Part shown: positions 45,370 through 54,228 of the stretch, piece by piece
How positions within the stretch are numbered: position 1 is the stretch's first letter
Layout: the number at the start of each line of letters is the position of its first letter
Virus record (IMG/VR): IMGVR_UViG_3300001782_000005
Span: 1-64,000 of that record
Length of the DNA: 64,000 bases
Direction: 5' to 3' (one strand)
Translations under genes and position numbers: made by a program
Notes under the pieces: model-generated
What the model was told of the DNA's origin: nothing
The model's database searches: none
Seen by the model: only the letters and a program-made list of their open reading frames with translations

Positions 45370-46626
45370 ATGTTCACTGAAAAAGTAAACGTTCAAAACT
45401 CTATACTCTTCCTTGGGACTGCAAGAGAAACACTTGCTAACCTAGTGGAGTCAAGTAGCATTAAAGAGAAAGAGAGTCTCGTAAATCATATTATGAACGA
45501 AGCGTCAGACTACGAGGTTCTTTATGCTCTTGTCCATGAGGAATTCCCAGCATCGGATGTTAAATATGATGTTTTTGACGAGATGTTTCTCTTTGATCAA
45601 CTAAAAGATGCCATGTTAGGTAACTACCATGAAATGTGTGATATTCTAAAAGAGGATGTTGTAACAGAGTTTGTCTCAACTGTAGATACAGTCACTCCCT
45701 TTGGAATCTCCACTGCATTACCGATAATGGAACACTCAGCAAAAACTCAATTTGCATTTGACAGATTAGCTTTCTGGCAAAGACTTGAGGGACACTATAG
45801 CAGACTACTAGAGCAAGGTGCAGAAGATCCATTTACCGCTGCAGATGTAGCCATTCCCGGCAAAGAAAAAATTGCACAAATGGGAGCAGAGGCGACTAAG
45901 AAGGCGATGGCCGCAGCAAATGTTGCTATTGAGAAGGGAAAGAAACTTCTTGATGCGCATAAGGGAAAGATGAACGATCTTGCGGCCGATATAGATAAGA
46001 AAAGACAGGCTATAAAGAAATATATGACCGCAGGCGAGACAGAAAGAGCAGATCTAGCAACAAAAGCGCTACAGAAATCAAATCAAAAGATGAAAGCTAT
46101 TAAAGGTGAACTCGCATCTACCCAGTCCAAACTCAAAGATCTAACAGCCAAGCAAGGTCAACTCAGATATCACCTTTCCCAAGTAATGAAGAAAGGGAAA
46201 GAAGCAGTAGGAACCGCTGCTGCTGGTGCAGTTGCAAAGGGTACTGCTGCTTTGCAAGCAATTGGAACAAAAACTGGAGCTGCTGGTATTGCAAAAGCTG
46301 CTGGTCTTAAAGGTACAGCAGCTGGTGTAGCTGGTGGGGCTGGTGTTGTTTTAGCTGGTGCTGCTCTTGCTGCTCTATTGGCGTGGGGTGCTGTTAAGAC
46401 TTATAAGCGATTCTTCTCTAAGTGGGCAAAAATGTGTGCTGGTAAATCTGGCGCAGAGAAGACCGCCTGTATGAAAGAAGCTAGGTCAAAAGCACTTCAG
46501 GCACAAATTGCGGATCTTCAAGCAGGACTTAGAGGATGTGCTGATTCAAAAGATCCACAAAAGTGTTCCAAAGCAATCGCTGGAAAACTCACAAAACTAA
46601 AAGGCAAGTTAGCAAAAATCAAATAG
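45370..46626 (+). CDS. Putative virion structural protein
   Basis: Acidic N-terminal domain, coiled coil, Gly/Ala-rich hydrophobic stretch, basic Cys-containing C-terminus; lies in the structural operon. Confidence 0.5.
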   Translation: MFTEKVNVQNSILFLGTARETLANLVESSSIKEKESLVNHIMNEASDYEVLYALVHEEFPASDVKYDVFDEMFLFDQLKDAMLGNYHEMCDILKEDVVTEFVSTVDTVTPFGISTALPIMEHSAKTQFAFDRLAFWQRLEGHYSRLLEQGAEDPFTAADVAIPGKEKIAQMGAEATKKAMAAANVAIEKGKKLLDAHKGKMNDLAADIDKKRQAIKKYMTAGETERADLATKALQKSNQKMKAIKGELASTQSKLKDLTAKQGQLRYHLSQVMKKGKEAVGTAAAGAVAKGTAALQAIGTKTGAAGIAKAAGLKGTAAGVAGGAGVVLAGAALAALLAWGAVKTYKRFFSKWAKMCAGKSGAEKTACMKEARSKALQAQIADLQAGLRGCADSKDPQKCSKAIAGKLTKLKGKLAKIK

Positions 46627-46656
46627 TCTATAGAGATTAAGAAAGGAGATCGAAGT

Positions 46657-47439
46657 ATGCCATTTCAAGGATTTGGTGTGTCGTATCCTGAATACGAGGT
46701 TATCACACCTCAGACGAAAATGTCTTTTCATGTGAGATCACTGAATGTTTCCGAAGAAGAAAGATTAAAAGGAAGTCTAATCACACCACAGAAAGTTACA
46801 GAGCACCTGAATAGATGTCTTTTTGATGCAATTGTTAAGAAACCGGAAACAATTAGTGACTACAAATCATTTCTCCAAAACGTAACTCTAAAAGATAGGG
46901 ACGCAATTCTTTACGGTCTCTATCATATTACTTATGAAGAAATAAGAAATTATGATATTAGATGCCTTGCTTGTAGGAAGATGTACCCAGTAACAATCAA
47001 AGCATCAAGTACATTCAACATTAACCTTTATCCAAATAACGATATATTAGCTAAAAAGGTCAGAGTTCCGCTTCCAGTTACAAAGGGTGTTTTCGCGGTA
47101 ATTAAACAGCCAAAATTGATTGACGAGGAAACTCTGATGAAGCAACTTGCTGGAGTTAGTGTTGATACAATTACTGAACTCCTAATTCTTGATGCCTTTG
47201 AGCAGGACATTCCAGAGGCTAAAGAACCTAAAGTATACAGAGAACCTCAGGATATAAGAGATGCATATTTAAGTCTTCCTGCAAAAGACAAAAGAGAAAT
47301 ACATGATAGATATATGGAAGAGTTTGGAAAATATGGACTTGATCTAAAAATGAGAACTCACTGTACATTCTGTGGCCAAGATGATGAAGTTGATATTGAT
47401 TTAGTTGACAACTTTTTTCGGATGGTATTCGGAGCATGA
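46657..47439 (+). CDS. Baseplate hub / tail assembly chaperone (T4 gp26-like)
   Basis: YPEYEVITP...VRSLNVSEEE, LKDRDAILY, CLAC and CTFCG zinc pairs, ends DLVDNFFR. Confidence 0.7.
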   Translation: MPFQGFGVSYPEYEVITPQTKMSFHVRSLNVSEEERLKGSLITPQKVTEHLNRCLFDAIVKKPETISDYKSFLQNVTLKDRDAILYGLYHITYEEIRNYDIRCLACRKMYPVTIKASSTFNINLYPNNDILAKKVRVPLPVTKGVFAVIKQPKLIDEETLMKQLAGVSVDTITELLILDAFEQDIPEAKEPKVYREPQDIRDAYLSLPAKDKREIHDRYMEEFGKYGLDLKMRTHCTFCGQDDEVDIDLVDNFFRMVFGA

Positions 47440-47626
47440 TCAAATTACAGAGTATCGTAAACTTTTAGCTGATAATATTTTTGCCTGCATAGAAATGAGC
47501 GGCATGTCATACTCCGAAATCGCTGCCATGCCCCTAAAAAGATTTTTTGATTACCTCAAGTGGAAGACTGACTTGGAGGATGAAAAGAGGAAGTTAGTAC
47601 GAGAAGAATCCAAAAAATTGAGGTAG
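47405..47626 (+). CDS. Small chaperone partner (gp51- or gpE'-like), possibly a frameshift extension of the previous gene
   Basis: MSYSEIAAMPLKRFFDYLKW; +1 frame overlapping at AAC TTT TTT CGG; no SD before TTG 47405. Confidence 0.55.
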   Translation: MTTFFGWYSEHDQITEYRKLLADNIFACIEMSGMSYSEIAAMPLKRFFDYLKWKTDLEDEKRKLVREESKKLR

Positions 47627-47637
47627 AAGGAAATTAA

Positions 47638-48072
47638 ATGTCCACATTAATGGAGAAGTTTAGAAAGTCTGTAATTGGTTCAAGTGGGAAGATTGCAGAT
47701 TTCACAGCTAAGATAGCTCCATATGGTGACTTCTATAGAGTTGAAAATTTACAGACTATCTTAACTTCTTGGAATAATATATTACTCACTCCAACTAGGA
47801 CATATACATATGACCCTGAGTTTGGTAGTGATTTATATAAATATGTATTTGACCCTCAAGATGATGATACAAAAGATGCAATTCAAGATGAAATTCTTTA
47901 TAAATTAAAAAGGTATGATGATCGTGCTGAAATCGTTAGCCTCGACATTGAATATCTTACAAATAGAAAAGGTTTTACAGTTAGCATAGTTGTTGATTAT
48001 GAAGGCGAAAGAGGTGGTGTTTCATTTGAGGTTGACGAATCTCTTTACTTTAACATTACTGGGATTGAATAA
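47638..48072 (+). CDS. Baseplate wedge protein, GPW/gp25 family
   Basis: NILLTPTRT...DPEFGSDLYKYVFDP...LKRYDDR. Confidence 0.85.
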   Translation: MSTLMEKFRKSVIGSSGKIADFTAKIAPYGDFYRVENLQTILTSWNNILLTPTRTYTYDPEFGSDLYKYVFDPQDDDTKDAIQDEILYKLKRYDDRAEIVSLDIEYLTNRKGFTVSIVVDYEGERGGVSFEVDESLYFNITGIE

Positions 48073-48596
48073 TGAGACTATATTACGCAGTCTATAAAAA
48101 TTATAAGGGATTGTTTAGAAAGAAGCATAAAGGTAATACTCAAATGTTTTCTCTTCCTGCAATTCCTGCCAGTCAATATTTTACTTATGGTGTCATAGTT
48201 GGAAGGATGACAGCACCAGGCGAGGAGTATGATGGTGCTCTCACTTTCATGACTATATCAATGGCCGAAATGTCTAAAATGAAACCTTTTATGGATGGGA
48301 TTGGTGCAGAATTGGGAAAGAATTATGAACTGATTGAAGACCTTCCAGTTAATGTGGCAGACACTGGAGAACTAGATTACACAATAAAACTTCTGAAGAA
48401 GGGTGAATTTATCAAATCTGATATCCAAGTAATTTACGCTGACCATTTAACTAAAGAAATGGGCAGGAAGATATTTCTATTCAAAGGAGATATTGATCTC
48501 TTCACTGATAAAGTAAGAACTAATCAGATGAAGATGGTAGCAATGAAAAAGATGGCGTTTCTCAGACGACCAAAAGTCGGGATGCCGAGGGCATAA
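48072..48596 (+). CDS. Hypothetical protein
   Basis: Coupled ORF in the structural operon. Confidence 0.55.
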   Translation: MRLYYAVYKNYKGLFRKKHKGNTQMFSLPAIPASQYFTYGVIVGRMTAPGEEYDGALTFMTISMAEMSKMKPFMDGIGAELGKNYELIEDLPVNVADTGELDYTIKLLKKGEFIKSDIQVIYADHLTKEMGRKIFLFKGDIDLFTDKVRTNQMKMVAMKKMAFLRRPKVGMPRA

Positions 48597-49279
48597 TGAC
48601 AGACTATCTACAAAATTATCAAAGAATATATGACTATATTCATGAGTACCAGAAACTTGTATATGATGTCTATAGTAAGCATGCCCCCAGATTCCTTATA
48701 ACTTATTATAATATAAATAAAGAAACTACAATTTGGGAAGATGAATATGTCTTCGGTGGTTCTTATGAGAGAATTGGTGATTTAACTGGAATGAGGTGGG
48801 ACAAATATCTTCTCCTTCCAATATACTGGATAGATGAAGTTTCGACAGCATTTTCTGGTGAAGATATAGGTTATATAAAGGAAGGGGAAACATTTATTAC
48901 AATTCCAAGCACTTATAATATTCAACCGTATCCTGGTGATTTGGTTAAATTTGAGCAGGAATTCCTAAGGCCGACTAACGACATCTACCCTCTTTTTATA
49001 GTCACAAATGCTGAAATATCAGCTAATACAGACAGAAGATATTGGAAACTGAAAATCGAAGTTAGAGAAAGCGAAACAACTGCGAATGCTGACCAACAAG
49101 TTTCTCGAACCTTTGCATTCTTTGAGTATACGAAAAAAATTTACGAAATTTCTGATGCAGCTTTTTTGACAAAGATGCTTACAAAAAATGAATCACTTAG
49201 AGAAAGGTTAAAAAGTCTTTTTGATGAAAATAGTGGATTCTATTTTGTTGGAGATGGAGAGAATCCAGGAGACTGCTAA
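48596..49279 (+). CDS. Neck / head-closure-like protein (T4 gp14-like)
   Basis: ITYYNIN...YERIGDL, LPIYWID, PYPGDLVKF; structural context. Confidence 0.5.
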   Translation: MTDYLQNYQRIYDYIHEYQKLVYDVYSKHAPRFLITYYNINKETTIWEDEYVFGGSYERIGDLTGMRWDKYLLLPIYWIDEVSTAFSGEDIGYIKEGETFITIPSTYNIQPYPGDLVKFEQEFLRPTNDIYPLFIVTNAEISANTDRRYWKLKIEVRESETTANADQQVSRTFAFFEYTKKIYEISDAAFLTKMLTKNESLRERLKSLFDENSGFYFVGDGENPGDC

Positions 49280-49294
49280 GGGGATAAATTAAAT

Positions 49295-51895
49295 ATGGCT
49301 AATAATACGGTTTCTTCTATTGGTTCAGCACAAAGTTCAGTTTCTAGTCAGGTATACCTTTCGAGAGATAACACAAGAAATCAAATTGCAAACCACTTAA
49401 AGACATACCTTGAGTTAGAAAATGTTGATCTGACCAAATCCTCATTCCTTTCTTTCATCATAAATATAATGTCCACATTAACTGGTAATATAATGTTTTA
49501 CCAGATCTCCGCATATAAAGAGTTCTTCTTAACTACCGCTCAGCTAGATGAATCCATCTTCAATCTTTCAGCATTTCTTGGTTATAATACGAAAGAAGCT
49601 CAATATGCAACCGCTAATGTTTTAATTACAATACCCTTTGGTTTTCCAGATGCTAATACTACATTCACAATTCCAGAAGGTTTTGTATTTAAAGCGCAGC
49701 AAACAGAATTTCTTACATATTATAGAACAGATATTACTGTATTAAATAATCAGTTTGCCGGTGTAAAAGTAACAGAAGGAACTGATATCTATAATCTTCC
49801 AGTTGATGTTGATACAACTGCAAATTTTAACTTTAGTTTTGTACTTCCTCTTAGACAGTACAAGGATGTAGTTCAAGAGTTTCAAGTTGATGAAGATTTG
49901 AAAACCTACCAATTCTCGACAATTGACGTACCTGTTGAAGGAAAAGTTGCTGGGCAGGTTGTAGAGGTAAGAGAACCAGGCAGTTCCGGGTTTGATTTAT
50001 GGACTGAGTTTGAAAGTATATATTTAATGTCATCAATAGATAAGGGGTACGTTTCTAGAAGGACTGGGTTTGGTAGAAGGTTATATTTCGGAAATGGTTT
50101 AATGGGAGTACAGCCAGAACCGGGATCTACTATTAGAGTTACTGTACGAGAAACTGAAGGTGCAGATGGAAATGTCATAGCCGGATCAATAAAATCTGGT
50201 CAAAGGATTTATAATATAACCGATTCAGGTGTACAACAAATAGTCAATTATACAGTTACAAATCCTTCTCCAGCTATAAATGGGGAAGATGAAGAAGATA
50301 CAGAAGAAATTAGAAGCAATGCTATTGCTAACCTAACAGCTCTTGGGAGACTTGTAACATATAATGACTACACCAATACTGATGTTGTTCTCACAAGCAC
50401 TGATGAAGATGCAGTTTCTCCAATCGCGCCCAATTCCTTAGCAATATTAAAGAGGTCTGATATTAAAGTTAACGAAATAATGCTATTTACTACTCTCCTA
50501 TATGGGACAGAAAATGGTGAGACAGAAGATTCTCCTCAAACTGTTCTTGAGCAACTTGTTCCAATGAGAAATGCCTGGATAACTATTGACTCAACTGCTC
50601 CCATAACTACATATTATTTAGAGAGGGGTTCTGTTGTAAATATTGATGGAGTAGACTATTATACCCTATTCGATATAACTACTGATAATATCTATAATAA
50701 AACCGCGTATTATCATTATATTATGTATCAGATAACACAGAACCCATTACTAGTAACTGGTTATGGTGTAGATTATAATTTAATTGCAACAACATTATCT
50801 GTCCAAAGGTCTGGTAGCCAAGCAATCTTTAGACTTCTATACTCAACAACTGAACTTGATTATGCTACAACATCCTGCGAAATGAAGATTATTCAGAATG
50901 ATGCAACTTATGCGATGGTAAATGATTCTCTTAATCAATACTATGAACTTATTGTTGATCCATATACTGATCTTCCAGAAGATACTTTAACTCTACAATT
51001 TACTCTTAGTACAGTAACTGAGACATTTGCAAGATATGAAAATGAGTTTGTTTTTAGACAATCATTAGACGATTTTATGATCTCGAACCTAACAGCAAAT
51101 GATGCTACTTCACCAACTCAAATTGTAATCTATGATGTTCCAGTTATTCAAGCAGAATACTATGACTCAATTGATCAAGGAAATTTTGAATTAGTAGTTT
51201 TACAGAATATGTTAGCTACAATGGAATTTGAAAATTACAGAATGTTGACGGACTTCACAAATGTTAAATTTGCACATACAACTGGAGTAATGAGTGGTAT
51301 GCAACGAAATACAGTATCCAAGTCTCCAGTTATTGATATTGGATTGAAGGATGTGCCCGTTGCGCCGTCACGTGGAGATAGGTATATTGTTAGTGGTTTA
51401 GAAGGTGGAGCATGGGAAGGTCAGCAAAATAATATAGCTGAATGTACAGATGCTACTGCTGTCACATGGATCTTTATTGAACCTGTTACAGACGATATAG
51501 TATATGTGACAAATAAAGGTTTAAAGTATATTTATACAGGACGTGGTGGTTGGGTTGCTCCAATATATGAAATTCCTTTACAAATCGAGATGGAGGTACA
51601 CAGAGATCCACTTTACCCAGATTCAGCAGTGAAATTATCGAACGACATCAAAGATGCGTTGCTTGAAGAGTTTAGTGAAAGATTTGGAGTTAATGCAACA
51701 ATTTATAGGTCTGAGATTATAGATGTGGTGCAAGAAGTTGAGGGAGTAGATCACGTTCATTTACTTAAACCAGAATCAAATATCTTTTTTGAGTTTGATC
51801 CTTATAAAGATTTTACACAACAAGAATTACTTGAGTATGGTCCAGAATATATTTTCTTTACTGAAGATGATATTTCAATAGCTATATACGGTTAG
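49295..51895 (+). CDS. Baseplate wedge protein (T4 gp6 / baseplate J-like)
   Basis: KEFFLTTAQLDESIFNLSAFLGY, LYFGNG..G..P, GADGN, GEDEEDTEEIR, RLVTYNDY, IYRSEII...VEGVDHV. Confidence 0.85.
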   Translation: MANNTVSSIGSAQSSVSSQVYLSRDNTRNQIANHLKTYLELENVDLTKSSFLSFIINIMSTLTGNIMFYQISAYKEFFLTTAQLDESIFNLSAFLGYNTKEAQYATANVLITIPFGFPDANTTFTIPEGFVFKAQQTEFLTYYRTDITVLNNQFAGVKVTEGTDIYNLPVDVDTTANFNFSFVLPLRQYKDVVQEFQVDEDLKTYQFSTIDVPVEGKVAGQVVEVREPGSSGFDLWTEFESIYLMSSIDKGYVSRRTGFGRRLYFGNGLMGVQPEPGSTIRVTVRETEGADGNVIAGSIKSGQRIYNITDSGVQQIVNYTVTNPSPAINGEDEEDTEEIRSNAIANLTALGRLVTYNDYTNTDVVLTSTDEDAVSPIAPNSLAILKRSDIKVNEIMLFTTLLYGTENGETEDSPQTVLEQLVPMRNAWITIDSTAPITTYYLERGSVVNIDGVDYYTLFDITTDNIYNKTAYYHYIMYQITQNPLLVTGYGVDYNLIATTLSVQRSGSQAIFRLLYSTTELDYATTSCEMKIIQNDATYAMVNDSLNQYYELIVDPYTDLPEDTLTLQFTLSTVTETFARYENEFVFRQSLDDFMISNLTANDATSPTQIVIYDVPVIQAEYYDSIDQGNFELVVLQNMLATMEFENYRMLTDFTNVKFAHTTGVMSGMQRNTVSKSPVIDIGLKDVPVAPSRGDRYIVSGLEGGAWEGQQNNIAECTDATAVTWIFIEPVTDDIVYVTNKGLKYIYTGRGGWVAPIYEIPLQIEMEVHRDPLYPDSAVKLSNDIKDALLEEFSERFGVNATIYRSEIIDVVQEVEGVDHVHLLKPESNIFFEFDPYKDFTQQELLEYGPEYIFFTEDDISIAIYG

Positions 51896-51901
51896 GAGAA
51901 T

Positions 51902-53014
51902 ATGGAAGAACTATATAAGCAATCAAAAATTGATATCTCCAGACTGAGGAGATATATGCTTCGTACTGCCGGAGAAGAGTTGAGTAAGTTGGTAGAACCA
52001 TGTTACTACCCCCCGGTGAAAAAACATTTCTATGAAATACTCAACATGGTTGGATTGAAGGAAAAAGACATAAAGGAATTTCGTAATAGGTTCTATAAGG
52101 AAATAGGTCCAAAGGCTGGTTTACTGGTTAGAGAACTCCAAACTAATTTACTCATCTTTACTATGTTTGTTGCCTTGAGAAAGAGGGATAGGGTTTTATA
52201 TCAAGCAACAATAAATTATATGGGTATAAGATACTATTCAAATTTAATGCATAAGCAAATTCCATATTGTAATCCTGAGGTCTTTAAATATGCCCTTGAA
52301 CATCTAACAAAAACTCACCTATTTGCTCGTGAAAAGACAATTCCAAATGCTATAATGTTTTTATCTAGAGAGATGGTTAAGAGACACACTCCATCTATTC
52401 AAGCAGCAGATCCAGATAAAATAGCTGATTTTATATTAGTCTATCGTCACAGAATTTCGCAAAGTATAAAGAGTTTTGCTGAGTTATATTATCGTGCTGC
52501 AAAAGAAGGGGTTGCAATAAAGAAACCTTATGAACCTGAAGAAGGTATGGAAGATCCTGCTGAATTGCAGAAAGTGGAAAAAGCTAGTCGGGTAATTGAT
52601 CAAATTGTTAAGAAAATAACAGTCTACAAAGAAGTAGATAAAAAAGCAATTGACGAAGCTAAGAAATTAACGAAGATAAGTGCTGTGCTTGCCCAGCAAA
52701 TTGCGAATACTATAGCTGATTTGAAATATTCAGATGATATTAAGATGATATTACATCTCTTTCTAAAAAATGTGACGAGTGTAAAACAAATCTGTGGTAA
52801 GGATTATTATGATTACGTAAAGAAATTGATGGCCATTAAAAGACTTGGGAATCGTGTAAGTTTCAAGCAGGTAGTTGGTGATACTTTAATGAAGGTGGCT
52901 GTTGATTTGGATTATGTAGATAGATATGACAGATTCACTACCCAAACCAAATTTGTTATCAACTTATATCTTGCCTATTATATCACAATGGTTCTAAGAA
53001 ATTCTGTCTGCTAG
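51902..53014 (+). CDS. Hypothetical helical protein
   Basis: 370-aa ORF with SD AGGAG at the operon end; its stop overlaps the convergent stop. Confidence 0.6.
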   Translation: MEELYKQSKIDISRLRRYMLRTAGEELSKLVEPCYYPPVKKHFYEILNMVGLKEKDIKEFRNRFYKEIGPKAGLLVRELQTNLLIFTMFVALRKRDRVLYQATINYMGIRYYSNLMHKQIPYCNPEVFKYALEHLTKTHLFAREKTIPNAIMFLSREMVKRHTPSIQAADPDKIADFILVYRHRISQSIKSFAELYYRAAKEGVAIKKPYEPEEGMEDPAELQKVEKASRVIDQIVKKITVYKEVDKKAIDEAKKLTKISAVLAQQIANTIADLKYSDDIKMILHLFLKNVTSVKQICGKDYYDYVKKLMAIKRLGNRVSFKQVVGDTLMKVAVDLDYVDRYDRFTTQTKFVINLYLAYYITMVLRNSVC

Positions 53015-54198
53015 AACCCCAGAAATCTTCTCGCCCTAGAAACTAAATCATCATAAGTATTTCTTGCTGCCTGTTGTACCCTTGGTGAGACTTGAGTAGT
53101 AGGATCAGATCGAGTAGGAGCTTGTTGTTGAGTAATAGGTCTTGTTACGGGTGGACTAGGAGTATATCCCTCTGGATCTACATAGACGTCTTCATGAGGC
53201 CCTTCCAATGCTAGAACCTCTGCATAATTTTTCAATGTGGGGCGACTTTTATTTGAGAGGTTTACTCGACCAGCAACCATACTATTGTATAAACTTCCAA
53301 TATCCAACCTAATATCCATAATTCCCATTCGCTGGTTATATGAAATTGACTGCTGATCTCCGCCCTTAATAACTGCGACACTTCCAATAAAGGAGGGGGT
53401 TAAATTAAAGATACCTGGACATTCAATGTGTTGTAAGAAAGGCCAATTATAAGTATCTCCGTCCGAAGTTTGTGGGGTTGCCAAAAGTAGAAGAGCAACC
53501 ATTGGACCGATAATATATTTTTGAGTAGAGGTTTTATTTCCAGGTTTAGGATTGTAGAGTCTTATTGTTAATTGATATGAAGGTGTGAAACCGCTGTTTT
53601 TCCACACTTGTGGAAAATCAACTCTAGCACCAGCTAGCATTTTATTAATGATATCTATAGTTCTTGCTGCGCCAGCACCAAGACCCCTTTGACCTCTGAG
53701 TTCTGATAGTGCTCTTCTAGTTTCTGTAGCACCCTTAGCAACACCTCCACCAAGTTGCTGTAAAAGTGTACCTGCTCCACCACCTAATTTCTCGCCAACG
53801 GCACTAAGTAATCTTCCAGAAGCACCAATTCCACCAAGAGCTGTTCGCTGACCCATTACTTGAGCGATTTCGCCTGCACCCTGACTAGCAATATCAGTAA
53901 TTTTATTTATGAAACTCTCTCCATACTCATTTTGAAAATTGTCTGTTGGGAAATTCTCAGCAAGAAATGCTACTTTAATATTATCACTTTGAAGTTTGAA
54001 ACCATGATAATTCAAAAGTTTATTGTACTCTGTCCATGCTTTTCTAGTTGTATATAGTCCTAAACCCAAAGAGAATTGCGGAACAGCTGGAGTTATATTT
54101 GCGATAGGCATTGTATTAATAATCATATTATTACTAACAAAAGTCCTTGGCGGTAAACCCCAAATTGGATCTAGGGTTATCAGATCTCTCTCTGCCAT
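53011..54198 (-). CDS. Putative baseplate / tail-tube initiator-like virion protein
   Basis: FQNEYGES, Gly-rich middle, FPQVWKNSGFTPSYQLTIRLYNP, CPGIF; follows the tape-measure-like gene. Confidence 0.5.
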   Translation of the reverse strand: MAERDLITLDPIWGLPPRTFVSNNMIINTMPIANITPAVPQFSLGLGLYTTRKAWTEYNKLLNYHGFKLQSDNIKVAFLAENFPTDNFQNEYGESFINKITDIASQGAGEIAQVMGQRTALGGIGASGRLLSAVGEKLGGGAGTLLQQLGGGVAKGATETRRALSELRGQRGLGAGAARTIDIINKMLAGARVDFPQVWKNSGFTPSYQLTIRLYNPKPGNKTSTQKYIIGPMVALLLLATPQTSDGDTYNWPFLQHIECPGIFNLTPSFIGSVAVIKGGDQQSISYNQRMGIMDIRLDIGSLYNSMVAGRVNLSNKSRPTLKNYAEVLALEGPHEDVYVDPEGYTPSPPVTRPITQQQAPTRSDPTTQVSPRVQQAARNTYDDLVSRARRFLGF

Positions 54199-54228
54199 CT
54201 AAATCCTCCTATAGCCACAACACTCTAT

